Shown piece by piece: positions 8,858 to 16,855 of a stretch of 64,000 bases of DNA (position 1 is the stretch's first letter; the number at the start of each line of letters is the position of its first letter). Origin of the DNA: a virus; the IMG/VR virus record IMGVR_UViG_3300045988_081376. One strand, written 5' to 3'. The notes below the pieces were generated by a model. The model was given only the letters and a program-made list of their open reading frames with translations, was not told the DNA's origin and ran no database searches. Both the position numbers and the translations under genes were made by a program.

Positions 8858-9019
8858 TTATTCGCTTTTCTGTTCGCCGAAGCGAAAGACCTTCTTGGCA
8901 TCCACGCCAACGATCTTCACGCCGAACGCCGTCCGCGTGATCTGCACATCCAACCCTGCCGCAAGACAAGCGTCGATTGCCTGCGCCTCTTTCGCGCCTA
9001 TGTAAGTCTTATCTGCCAT
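8858..9019 (-). CDS. hypothetical small protein
   Basis: MADKTYIGAKEAQAID... start at 9019 behind AAGGAG (ORF 8858..9082). Confidence 0.4.
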   Translation of the reverse strand: MADKTYIGAKEAQAIDACLAAGLDVQITRTAFGVKIVGVDAKKVFRFGEQKSE

Positions 9020-9065
9020 TCTTTCTCCTTTTTCCCATGTGCTTGTGCACAGTTCGTTTCCGCCG

Positions 9066-9290
9066 TCATACGCTTTCGCCATTCAGCCTTGTCATAAACT
9101 CCACAAACGGGAGCCTCGGGATCTTCACACGGTTTCCGATCAAAATCGTGGGAAACCGCAGCTGCTCCGGCGCTTTTTTCGCCGCAACGCGAATCGCGTG
9201 AGGGTCGCATTCCAAAATCTCCGCAGCCTCCGCCGGCGTCAAGTACGCCTTGTCCATATTTACAACATCTTTCAGTGTCATGGCCATCAC
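9066..9290 (-). CDS. excisionase-type HTH (HTH_17-like) DNA-binding protein
   Basis: YLTPAEAAEILECDPHAIRVAAKK...ILIGNRVKIPRLPFVEFM resembles MerR/Xis-type HTH proteins. Confidence 0.55.
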   Translation of the reverse strand: MMAMTLKDVVNMDKAYLTPAEAAEILECDPHAIRVAAKKAPEQLRFPTILIGNRVKIPRLPFVEFMTRLNGESV

Positions 9291-9294
9291 CCTT

Positions 9295-10065
9295 TCATCC
9301 TCCGCGTTCCTGCGTCAGCCGCACTACCTTGCGCCGCAGCACCGTTTCGAATATCGGACGCAGTTTCTGGTCGCGGGCAATAACGTGCAGTTTCGACACG
9401 CCTTTGCACTCACTGGATGATGCGCCCATCCGGCTCATGCGATTCCGCAGCAGCGTCTGCCGGCGCTCGAGGTCGACGTGCGCCAGTCGTTCTACCTCAT
9501 CGTAGATGTCGCGGCGGAACATCTGGTGATTCAGACCGAACTGCTCGATGGTGGTGTTAATTTCCTTCTGCGCCCGCTCCTGCCAACCGTCGCTCTCCAG
9601 CATCGGCGCGGCCATCACCGCAAGCGCACCATCGAAGCGGTTCTGCTTTTCCTCCACAGCTTTCAAGCGGCGTTCCTGCTCGATATTGATTTGCGCCTGT
9701 AAGGAAAACATTTCTACGGGTGAAAGCACCTTTTGTCCGTATCCTCCGGTCTTGCGGATGGAGGGGAGGACTTCGCTTGTCACCCATTTGCGGAACGGTT
9801 TGGCTTCCGGCTTGTCCGACCGAAGAATCACATTGTACAGGCCGCTCTCGTTGATAATGGTGGTTTCCTGCTCCCGGCCCAGTGAATCGGTGAGGGGGAT
9901 CTGATTCCGCTCATCTTCATCAAGCCGGTCTGCAACCTTGTGGGCGCTTCCAAGCCCCAGTACGTTGCACACGTCTTTCAGGACAAACCACGGTTCGCCG
10001 TCTCGCTCCACCGTGCGGACTGTATTCCCGTGGTAGTGGTAATCGAAAATCCTCATTTCATTCAT
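9295..10065 (-). CDS. Bro-N-domain antirepressor
   Basis: FDYHYHGNTVRTVERDGEPWFVLKDVCNVLGL...KPFRKWVTSEVLPSIRKTG Bro-N signature. The C-terminal domain is homologous to that of 34431..35243. Confidence 0.8.
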   Translation of the reverse strand: MNEMRIFDYHYHGNTVRTVERDGEPWFVLKDVCNVLGLGSAHKVADRLDEDERNQIPLTDSLGREQETTIINESGLYNVILRSDKPEAKPFRKWVTSEVLPSIRKTGGYGQKVLSPVEMFSLQAQINIEQERRLKAVEEKQNRFDGALAVMAAPMLESDGWQERAQKEINTTIEQFGLNHQMFRRDIYDEVERLAHVDLERRQTLLRNRMSRMGASSSECKGVSKLHVIARDQKLRPIFETVLRRKVVRLTQERGG

Positions 10066-10247
10066 GGCGTTCCCTTCTGCCCTTCCTCTCTGAAAAGCAA
10101 CTCATTGACATCGCACTTATACAGGCGCGCAATTTCTGGTAGTCTGGACGTGCGAGGGGATGTAATCCCCGTCTCCCACTGATAGAGAGTCATCGTACTG
10201 ACACCAAGCCTTTCTGCGGCCTCTTTTTGCGATAAGTCCGCCCGCAC
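10062..10247 (-). CDS. Cro-like XRE-family HTH repressor
   Basis: LSQKEAAERLGVSTMTLYQWETGITSP HTH_3 motif. GTG start. Divergent from the cI-like gene and first gene of the leftward operon. Confidence 0.7.
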   Translation of the reverse strand: MRADLSQKEAAERLGVSTMTLYQWETGITSPRTSRLPEIARLYKCDVNELLFREEGQKGTP

Positions 10248-10304
10248 TCGGCAGACCTTGAACCCGTTTGCGATAAAGCATCACCACTTTCTTCTTAGCA
10301 TCTT

Positions 10305-10330
10305 CTTAGTTTCGCTTGACATTTACTAAG
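10305..10330. promoter_or_regulatory. inverted repeat CTTAGT-N14-ACTAAG bracketing the -35 box (operator candidate)
   Basis: CTTAGT at 10305-10310 and ACTAAG at 10325-10330. Related tandem TCTTCTTAG x2 at 10290-10309. Confidence 0.4.
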
Positions 10331-10344
10331 TAAGGCTGTACAAT
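10316..10344 (+). promoter_or_regulatory. sigma-70-type promoter, rightward
   Basis: TTGACA (10316-10321), 17-nt spacer, TACAAT (10339-10344). Confidence 0.6.
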
Positions 10345-10390
10345 GCCTCTTGATAGAAATAAATAACAGCTTCACATAAGTAAACGTATC

Positions 10391-10425
10391 GCGAAGCATC
10401 CTTGCTTTTTGCTTCGCTTTTGCTT
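10391..10425 (+). terminator. terminator-like hairpin in the leader between the promoter and the cI-like gene
   Basis: GCGAAGCA (10391-10398) / TGCTTCGC (10410-10417) followed by TTTTGCTTTG. Confidence 0.4.
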
Positions 10426-10432
10426 TGTAATG

Positions 10433-10449
10433 CTAAGTATATCACTTAG
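10433..10449. promoter_or_regulatory. 17-bp palindrome CTAAGTATATCACTTAG (operator candidate)
   Basis: Half-sites CTAAGT/ACTTAG are the same hexamer family as the repeat at 10305-10330. Confidence 0.4.
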
Positions 10450-10521
10450 TTTTACGAAGTCAACGTTTGTTTTTGTTGTTGCGCCTATTTCTGCAATTCG
10501 CACAATACTAAGGGGTTCTAT

Positions 10522-10863
10522 ATGGATATTTCGACAATGCTTCATAGGGTCGATCTGCTTTTGCGCGCAAAGGGATTATCAAAAGCTGAATTTTATGGCA
10601 TGGTGCCAATCTCATCTTCTGCCGTTGCGCAGTGGAATATGGGGCGCACCAAACCGTCTCCGCCGAAAATCAAAAGGATGGCTGAAATATTAGATGTTGA
10701 CCCATCTTATCTCGGATTAGGTGATATAGATGGTGAAAAAAAAGAGCCTGCCGCCCAGGAGGGCAGCAAACTCAATGTGCTGGATCTCAGCGACTTGACG
10801 CCTGAGAATCGCGCAAAGGTGCGAGATTATTTTGATCTCGTCGCACGTTCTCAAGATAAGTAA
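10522..10863 (+). CDS. cI-like XRE-family HTH repressor
   Basis: LSKAEFYGMVPISSSAVAQWNMGRTKPSPPKIKRMAEIL HTH_3 motif. RBS AAGGGG. Divergent from the Cro-like gene. Confidence 0.7.
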   Translation: MDISTMLHRVDLLLRAKGLSKAEFYGMVPISSSAVAQWNMGRTKPSPPKIKRMAEILDVDPSYLGLGDIDGEKKEPAAQEGSKLNVLDLSDLTPENRAKVRDYFDLVARSQDK

Positions 10864-10985
10864 GCGCTTTTATTTTGTTTTCCGGTGTCATGCGCTCAAA
10901 CAGTTCATACACCTCTTTTTGCAGGCCGTCTATCGCATCCATTCTGTTCGCCCTTCTCCTTCTCTCATTCTGTGTTCCGTTAATA

Positions 10986-11024
10986 CCGGAGCCGCCGCAC
11001 CAGCCACGAAAGCGGCGGCTCCGG
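10986..11024 (+). terminator. strong GC hairpin downstream of the cI-like gene (possible terminator)
   Basis: 13-bp stem CCGGAGCCGCCGC / GCGGCGGCTCCGG. The T-run starts only about 10 nt later, so it is not canonical. Confidence 0.35.
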
Positions 11025-11216
11025 GCATAGCAGATTTTTGTTTCACCGTTGATCTGCTATGAGTCTATCGTAGCAAATTTATTCTCGACCGTCTATGAGA
11101 CAACCTTCCTATCCGTGCGCCATCATCTTCCTATTCGACACGGTCCGACTTTATTCGCTGAGCGAAAATGACGATGTGCGAAAAAGCGCAGCAAGCAGTA
11201 GAAAGGGGCTGAAACA

Positions 11217-11708
11217 ATGCCGGAATGCTTAGAAGAAAATATATCTGATGAAAGCTTGGCTTTGAAAGAAATATTGAGAGCCAAAAGAGACTTGCTGGGA
11301 TTATCGAACCAGGCGATAGCAGATGCCGCCGGTCTTTCCGTTCATACGGTCAACAATTACTTTTCCAGCCGCTCCAAGGCGACCAGCGCTTATGTCGTTC
11401 TCCGCATTGCAAAAGCGCTGAATTGTTCGATCGATAATGTTTGCGGAATAGAATCTGACGAAAATTCGTCCGATTCGTCAGAGGAAGTGGAATCCATCAA
11501 CGCTCAGCATCAGGATGAGATCATTGCCATGCAGGAACGCCAGATCAGCGATCTGCGCAAAGATAAAAGGGCGGGGCGGTTTGCTATTTATCTTTCGGTT
11601 GTCCTCTCCGTGATCGTCCTCATTTATTTCTTCCATTTTGATGTGCCAAATCCCAACTGGGGCTTTACAAAACTCATGAGGGATTTCTTTTTATGTTTTG
11701 CAAAATAG
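11217..11708 (+). CDS. membrane-anchored XRE-type HTH protein
   Basis: LSNQAIADAAGLSVHTVNNYFS HTH, acidic linker, C-terminal TM FAIYLSVVLSVIVLIYFFHF. Ends in TAG. Confidence 0.65.
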   Translation: MPECLEENISDESLALKEILRAKRDLLGLSNQAIADAAGLSVHTVNNYFSSRSKATSAYVVLRIAKALNCSIDNVCGIESDENSSDSSEEVESINAQHQDEIIAMQERQISDLRKDKRAGRFAIYLSVVLSVIVLIYFFHFDVPNPNWGFTKLMRDFFLCFAK

Positions 11709-11760
11709 AACATTCGTTCTCCGTCTCTTAACAGCCACGTTGTAGAAGGGTGATAGCAAT

Positions 11761-12897
11761 ATGAGGAAATGTATAAAATGCGGCACGGAACTGCCGGAAG
11801 GAGCCATCTTTTGCCACATTTGTGGGAAGAAACAGGTGCAGGAAAAGCGCCGCGGTCGAATGAGACAAAACGGGCAAGGCAACGCTTATCGGCGCGGGTC
11901 TACATGGACAGGACGTGCAACAGGATATTCTTATACCGTCGTAGACGAAAATGGTGATGCAAGGCTAATCCGGAAAAGACCCACGAAGGGCGGCTTTAAA
12001 ACAAAAACGGCAGCGCTGGAATGGGCGGCCGCACAGGATGTACAGCAGGTGAAGAAGGAGCCACCCACCCTATTGGAACTTTGGCAGGGATGGAGCGAGA
12101 ACGACTTGCTCACTCGCTCGAAGGACAAGCAGATCGCCTACAGAAAAGCACGCGAGCGCATTGAACCGATCATTGCAAGAAAAATAAGCGATCTGACTAT
12201 CGACGACTTACAGTCTACCGTCAACGCCGGAGCAAAATCGTATTACACCGCCCGAGACATGAAATCCCTGCTCTCTAATTTGTATCAAAGGGCGATGGCG
12301 AGCGGAGGAGGCAACGGATGGGTAACGGTGAATCTTTCCCGCTTCATCGTGCTTCCGGAGCTGGAAGAAAAAGTGCCAGAGCCGTTTACCGAGGATGAAG
12401 TCAGTGCCATGTGGAAAGCGTGGGATGAAGGAAATGTTTTCGTTGGATATATGCTGCTGATGATCTATACGTCAATGATGCCCGGAGAGCTGCTTTCGTG
12501 CAAAACCGATATGATCGACTATGACCGGCACGAAATTTACGGATGCGGTAAAAAGACAAAGAAACGAAAAGATACCCCTATTGTATTCCCTGAGTTCATC
12601 GAGCCGGTCCTGAAGGAATTAAGCAAAAAGTCCACCAGCAAAACAGGTAAAATATTCGGTGGAGATGAAGGAACCTTCTATTCGGCTTACCATTCCGCTA
12701 CAAGAGCGATCGGCGTGCGGGACTTAAACCCGTATTCCTGCCGTCACACAACGGCAACAGAGGCCGTCAAGAAAGGCGTGGAGCTTCCCGTCGTACAGCA
12801 GATCATGCGCCACTCTAAACTAGCATCGACGCAAAGATACATCCACGTCTCTACGGAAGCCGCGCATAAGGCCATCAATCAGCTGACAAAGCAATGA
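11761..12897 (+). CDS. int: tyrosine integrase with N-terminal zinc ribbon
   Basis: MRKCIKCGTELPEGAIFCHICGKK zinc ribbon. C-terminal catalytic region SCRHTTATEAV...IMRHSKLASTQRYIH (R..HxxR..Y). Confidence 0.9.
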   Translation: MRKCIKCGTELPEGAIFCHICGKKQVQEKRRGRMRQNGQGNAYRRGSTWTGRATGYSYTVVDENGDARLIRKRPTKGGFKTKTAALEWAAAQDVQQVKKEPPTLLELWQGWSENDLLTRSKDKQIAYRKARERIEPIIARKISDLTIDDLQSTVNAGAKSYYTARDMKSLLSNLYQRAMASGGGNGWVTVNLSRFIVLPELEEKVPEPFTEDEVSAMWKAWDEGNVFVGYMLLMIYTSMMPGELLSCKTDMIDYDRHEIYGCGKKTKKRKDTPIVFPEFIEPVLKELSKKSTSKTGKIFGGDEGTFYSAYHSATRAIGVRDLNPYSCRHTTATEAVKKGVELPVVQQIMRHSKLASTQRYIHVSTEAAHKAINQLTKQ

Positions 12898-12956
12898 GTT
12901 TGTAGCCCATTTCTCGTGGGATGTTACAGCGATCGTGTAGCCCATTTTGTAGCCCA
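12898..12956 (+). repeat. arm-type direct repeats TGTAGCCCA x3 (integrase-proximal arm of attP)
   Basis: Copies at 12901-12909, 12936-12944 and 12948-12956, all in the same orientation. Confidence 0.6.
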
Positions 12957-13025
12957 CAGAGCAAAATTAACCAAACCAAATCCAGCCAAAAGTTGCAAAA
13001 ACATGTTTCGTGAAAAATAAGAAAA

Positions 13026-13054
13026 AACCTTGGAACCATTGAGATTCCAAGGTT
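13026..13054 (-). terminator. intrinsic terminator immediately 3' of the tRNA-Ser fragment
   Basis: AACCTTGGAA / TTCCAAGGTT stem. On the minus strand it is followed by TTTTTCTTATTTTT. Confidence 0.6.
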
Positions 13055-13063
13055 TTTCTGATA

Positions 13064-13127
13064 TGGCGCGGAAGAGAGGATTTGAACCTCCGCGACGCTT
13101 TTTACACGTCCTACTCCCTTAGCAGGG
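13064..13127 (-). other. attP core: 3' part of a tRNA-Ser(GCU) (anticodon loop to CCA end), not a complete tRNA
   Basis: Minus strand reads CCCTGCTAAGGGAGTAGGACGTGTAAAAAGCGTCGCGGAGGTTCAAATCCTCTCTTCCGCGCCA. That is anticodon loop CTGCTAA, long variable arm, T arm, acceptor 3' strand and CCA. The sequence upstream cannot pair as the 5' half. Confidence 0.7.
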
Positions 13128-13164
13128 TAACAATAACCATTGATTTATCAATGTTTTTTGCCAT

Positions 13165-13186
13165 TTTGTAGCCCATTTGTAGCCCA
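13165..13186 (+). repeat. arm-type direct repeats TGTAGCCCA x2 (distal arm of attP)
   Basis: Copies at 13167-13175 and 13178-13186. Confidence 0.6.
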
Positions 13187-13227
13187 TAGATTCCGCCATT
13201 TTCCTTCTCACCACACTCCCCTACAAG

Positions 13228-13264
13228 TGAGAAAAGGCGAGGGAGTAATATATCTTACTCCCTC
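13228..13264 (-). terminator. intrinsic terminator ending the 22.4->13.3 kb leftward operon
   Basis: GAGGGAGTAA (13239-13248) / TTACTCCCTC (13255-13264). On the minus strand it is followed by GCCTTTTCTC. Confidence 0.55.
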
Positions 13265-13297
13265 ACTTTCCGGCATTTGAGCATAGTCATTTCTCTG

Positions 13298-13546
13298 TCA
13301 GCGGCGCTTACTGCGAACGTTCTCACCATCGATTTCCTTGAATTCCACCTTAGAAACGCGGAACCCATTTGGAACGATTACAGAATTTTTTCTGGCTGCA
13401 TCCCGTTCCGCCATCACGCGCTCGAACTCGAGTTTCAGTGCTGCAAAGCATTCTGCGCAAACTCCGAGTGATGGCGCGCGCCGAATGTTGTCATCCAGCG
13501 CAGACAGCACCGCGCGATCTCTTTCGTTGCATTTATCCGTCATCAT
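13298..13546 (-). CDS. hypothetical protein
   Basis: ORF track. Last gene of the operon and overlaps the upstream gene end. Confidence 0.4.
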   Translation of the reverse strand: MMTDKCNERDRAVLSALDDNIRRAPSLGVCAECFAALKLEFERVMAERDAARKNSVIVPNGFRVSKVEFKEIDGENVRSKRR

Positions 13547-14464
13547 TGTCTCCTATCACTATCTGGCCGTCAAGCTCGCCATCGCCTTTCGCTCCACCAT
13601 TCAACCACCATTCCATGACGGCCTCTCCGCTCGTGAAGTAAGTAGGCGGCTTATTCATGCCACGTCGCTCTCTTTCTTCGATCATTTTATTGAACGATCT
13701 GACATACTGTTCTCTGTATTTGGGCCAGCGCTCAAACTCTTCTGCCGCACGCGTATTCATTGGGCAGCCGATGCACCCGACGCGCTTGAAGCCCTCGTCG
13801 TACAATCCGCAATATGGCACATCATACTCCTTGATAAATTCCCAAACTTCGTCGTCCGTCCAGTCTATGATCGGGTTTAAGGTCGTTTTTGCTTTTTGAT
13901 AGCACTGCTCAACAAGGCGGCGTGTTTCGCCGTTATCGTTGTTTAGAACCACCCCCCCGCACGGTTGATAAAAAGGGGATTTCCCCTCGATATTCCAGAT
14001 ATTGTCTTAGCTTTAGTCGCAAAAGTTATCAAACCTTGATTTTTCTTCCGGTTCACGCTTTCATCCCATCGGACGCCGGTGATGGTAACTCTTCCCTTCC
14101 CTCCGGTTTCTTTCAGTTGCGCGCAGCAGTATCGCACAAGGCGCGTCGGCGGCATTAGCTTTTTGGGGATCAGCGTCCACATGGTAATAGGGTTTCCGTC
14201 TTTATCTTTTGGTACATCGCGTGAAACGTCGGGATAAACATCACGGATAAATTGAACGAGCTCCGGCGGGTCTACGCTCGTTACACGATAATGCGCATCG
14301 TATTTCACTCCTGCAAGGTCGCAGAGCTTTTTGACGACTACACTATCTTTTCCGCCGCTGAACGCCAGATAATACCCATCAGGCGGCTCGAAGTGCTTCA
14401 GGCGGTCGATTGCGATCTGAACCTTATCGACCGTTCCGAAGACGGTGTATTCGATCAGCGCCAT
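13533..14464 (-). pseudogene. PAPS-reductase-like PP-loop protein split by a frameshift in a G7 run (C7 on + strand, 13952-13958)
   Basis: ORF 13943..14464 carries the PP-loop FSGGKDS. ORF 13533..13952 carries the C-terminal NPIIDWTDDEVWEFI..GCIGCP part. The frames join seamlessly if the run were G8. Confidence 0.75.
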
Positions 14465-14467
14465 TCT

Positions 14468-14590
14468 TTACTCCTTCCTGTCTTCATAGCGGCACACGCC
14501 ATCAGTATCCGGCACCGGGCAATAGTCGGCACATACCGGGCAATCATCATTGACGCAAATTTCATCCATGCACCACTTACAATCAGGCAT
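14468..14590 (-). CDS. small Cys-rich protein (40 aa)
   Basis: MPDCKWCMDEICVNDDCPVCADYCPVPDTDGVCRYEDRKE. 8-nt overlap with the MazG-like gene end. Confidence 0.4.
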   Translation of the reverse strand: MPDCKWCMDEICVNDDCPVCADYCPVPDTDGVCRYEDRKE

Positions 14591-14870
14591 TTTTATCAAT
14601 CCTTTCCCGCAGCCGCCGAACCTTAAAGGCTCGCAGCTCCTCCACCGCGTCCTCGACCTTAAACTCGATTGCCATCTGGTCGAGCATGATCCCGACATCG
14701 GCGATCTCTTCGGCAATGTTAACAAGTGTGTCGCCGTCAATGCGTCCACGCAGGAATTTGCACAGCACGTCCTGCAACTCGGCCGTTTCTTCAAAAACCA
14801 TCGTGATTTGATTTTGACTGCCAAACACGCGCAGCGCGTCAAGAAATACCTTTCTCTCTTCTTCAGTCAT
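14583..14870 (-). CDS. MazG-like nucleotide pyrophosphohydrolase
   Basis: EETAELQDVL...IAEEIADVGIMLDQM EExxE/ExxD helix pattern. Start MTEEERK behind AGGAG. Confidence 0.7.
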   Translation of the reverse strand: MTEEERKVFLDALRVFGSQNQITMVFEETAELQDVLCKFLRGRIDGDTLVNIAEEIADVGIMLDQMAIEFKVEDAVEELRAFKVRRLRERIDKNA

Positions 14871-14914
14871 CGAATTTCTCCTGTTCAATTTTAATTATGC
14901 GCTCACCGCTGTCT

Positions 14915-15415
14915 TTACTCCTGGCGCGCCAGTTTTCTTTTCGCCCACCCCCGCAGGTTCCTCCATGGGTGAGCTTCTGCATAGTGTGCGCGCTCTCGTG
15001 CATTCAAAAGATCGTCATGCAGATTCTGCGCGCTTCTCATCCATTCGAAAAGGTCTTTCGTTTGCTGGTCTCTTTCCACCTTCATGGTAGCAATGCACGC
15101 GTTTGCCCGCCCAAGCGCCGCCTCGGTGTCAGCAAGCTTGTTTCGCAGCGCATCTGCGTCCGCTTTCAGGTTTGCGATCTCGTTCGCCTTGTTGATGGCT
15201 TCGCCGTTCATCTGGTCAAGCTGCTCGGTCAGGGTGGCGTTCTTTCGCTGCATTGCCGCCTTTAGGTTCGCATACTCGGCGATCAGATCATTCTTTTCGT
15301 CGATGCAGTTTTTCAGCTCGACGTTCTCTGCTTCAAGCGCCGCAGTTTTTTCCTGCGCGTCCTCCACCATCTTCGCCATCTGTTCTTTGGTGTACTTCTT
15401 CACATTGATGCTCAT
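14915..15415 (-). CDS. coiled-coil protein, unknown function
   Basis: Heptad-rich A/E/K/L/N sequence throughout. ORF track. Confidence 0.5.
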   Translation of the reverse strand: MSINVKKYTKEQMAKMVEDAQEKTAALEAENVELKNCIDEKNDLIAEYANLKAAMQRKNATLTEQLDQMNGEAINKANEIANLKADADALRNKLADTEAALGRANACIATMKVERDQQTKDLFEWMRSAQNLHDDLLNARERAHYAEAHPWRNLRGWAKRKLARQE

Positions 15416-15576
15416 AATTTGGCTCCTTTCATTCGCATCTGTTCTTCCCGTCCCCGGTCGCTCGTGATGCTCACGACCTTGCAGTCGCCGTATCGCTCGA
15501 TGTCCATGGCGATGCGCTCCTTGATTCCCTGCGCGTCAGCGGCGGAGCCGTTGGCTTTAATCGTGATCGTCAGCAT
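15412..15576 (-). CDS. small hypothetical protein (54 aa, below ORF-track cutoff)
   Basis: MLTITIKANGSAADAQGIKERIAMDIERYGDCKVV... ATGCTGA overlap upstream and ATGA overlap downstream. Confidence 0.35.
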   Translation of the reverse strand: MLTITIKANGSAADAQGIKERIAMDIERYGDCKVVSITSDRGREEQMRMKGAKL

Positions 15577-15824
15577 TTTGGGTCTCCATTGTCTTGAGCC
15601 TTATTCGTTTTTTCCCTCCACTCGATATATGCCTTTCTATTCATGCGGTATTCGTAGATCAGGCTCTCTGCTCGGAGGATATCCCTCCACTTATTACTTG
15701 CGGCTACCCAAGCCAACCCGGCGGCATAAACTGCCAATCCAAGAACGATTGCCACCAACGCAACGCCGCCAATAAGCATAAATGCCGCGCCAATATTCAC
15801 CATCACACTATCTATCATTCGCAT
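15570..15824 (-). CDS. small membrane protein (about two TM segments)
   Basis: VNIGAAFMLIGGVALVAIVLGLAVYAAGLAWVAA hydrophobic core. Confidence 0.5.
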   Translation of the reverse strand: MRMIDSVMVNIGAAFMLIGGVALVAIVLGLAVYAAGLAWVAASNKWRDILRAESLIYEYRMNRKAYIEWREKTNKAQDNGDPKC

Positions 15825-16093
15825 TCACCTCCGTCCTTCGGTTCGCCGTAGCTGCAAAAACCGTTCTTGCCAACATTGCGCCTATTGCATGGCGAATATC
15901 TGTTGTGGCACGTCAGCGTCCCCGGCTTCCCATACCTCTGGGTAAACTCGGACGGCAATGTGCTGTGCTTGCAGTCCTTGCACCGAGTAACGACCTCTGG
16001 AAAGGCCGTACTGTCCCGCAGCTTTTTCGCCACAAAGGTCGCCCCGCAATTTTCCGCGAAGGCGGCGGCCGTATCAGCGTCGATTAAGCGCAT
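15815..16093 (-). CDS. Cys-rich hypothetical protein
   Basis: Start MRLIDADTAAAF at 16093, then CKDCKH and CHNRYSPC clusters. Confidence 0.45.
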   Translation of the reverse strand: MRLIDADTAAAFAENCGATFVAKKLRDSTAFPEVVTRCKDCKHSTLPSEFTQRYGKPGTLTCHNRYSPCNRRNVGKNGFCSYGEPKDGGECE

Positions 16094-16358
16094 TGCTGTC
16101 ACCTCCGTCCATCTTCGCCCCACATGCGGGGCAGTAATTGTTCTTGCGGTTGTTCCACATATCGCAGCACGTTGATACATACCCCTCGGCAACAGTCGTT
16201 CCGCTTCGATAGTGCGTTACCCACCGCCCATGCACTACCGGCGCAACGTCGGCAGCGGGGATACTGTTGATTTCCTGCGTGCAGATTTCTGGATTTTCGT
16301 ACCGACGTGTGATTAAATCAATCACAGCTTCTCGCTTAATGTATTCACCCATTGTCAT
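16074..16358 (-). CDS. hypothetical protein with C-terminal zinc ribbon
   Basis: Start MTMGEYIKREAV (ATGA overlap). ...VHGRW...CCDMW...YCPACGAKMDG. Confidence 0.5.
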   Translation of the reverse strand: MTMGEYIKREAVIDLITRRYENPEICTQEINSIPAADVAPVVHGRWVTHYRSGTTVAEGYVSTCCDMWNNRKNNYCPACGAKMDGGDSNALNRR

Positions 16359-16855
16359 ACCTCCTCCACATAGCACCAGCTCTGCGGCGCGCGCTTGATG
16401 TCATATGGCGCTGCGCCGAATCTCGTATTGCGTAGACCTGTAAACTCGCTCAGTTCGCGCGGCGTGTCGTAGATTTTTAGGTTGGAGATATGCCAGCCGT
16501 AACCGACATTTTCGCCGAGGTAGTTTCCGAACTCTTCTGAGGTTAAGCAAGTATCTTTGAGCCGATTGTCGAGCTGCTTCCCGCTATCGTCCCAGAATCC
16601 GCAGATGTTCACACGGGTAATTGCGTCGCAGATAAACTCCCCGATGACCTTGCCGCCGCCGTAAAACTGTGGCCTTGGATAGTCCGTCGCAATGAAGTCC
16701 TCGTGCGGATATTTGGGCAGCGTGCAGTAGATATAGCACTTAAACGGCGTTTTCAGCTTTGGGCGCGTCTTGCGCACTTCAATCGTCTTTTCACCGCTGG
16801 CGATCTTCTCCACCCACTTCGGGCGGATGCTCAACATAACAGCTTTACTCATCAC
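16355..16855 (-). CDS. ASCH (PUA-like) domain protein
   Basis: MLSIRPKWVEKIASGEKTIEVRKTRPK is the typical ASCH N-terminal beta-barrel motif. Confidence 0.7.
   Translation of the reverse strand: MMSKAVMLSIRPKWVEKIASGEKTIEVRKTRPKLKTPFKCYIYCTLPKYPHEDFIATDYPRPQFYGGGKVIGEFICDAITRVNICGFWDDSGKQLDNRLKDTCLTSEEFGNYLGENVGYGWHISNLKIYDTPRELSEFTGLRNTRFGAAPYDIKRAPQSWCYVEEV

Noticed and set aside
10795-10950. 51-codon minus-strand ORF (MDAIDGLQKEVYELFERMTPENKIKALTYLENV…) with a fair RBS, convergent with and overlapping the cI-like gene end
   Set aside because: It shares a TPEN..K...Y motif with the cI-like C-terminus, which is curious. But it lies between the cI stop and the downstream hairpin with no promoter, and its last 20 codons are antisense to cI. 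That is too weak to call.
13064-13127. The tRNA-Ser fragment as a prophage-host junction (attL/attR), with host DNA on one side
   Set aside because: Arm-type repeats lie on both sides, the integrase is on one side, and a continuous phage operon is on the other. No host-like genes occur anywhere in the window.
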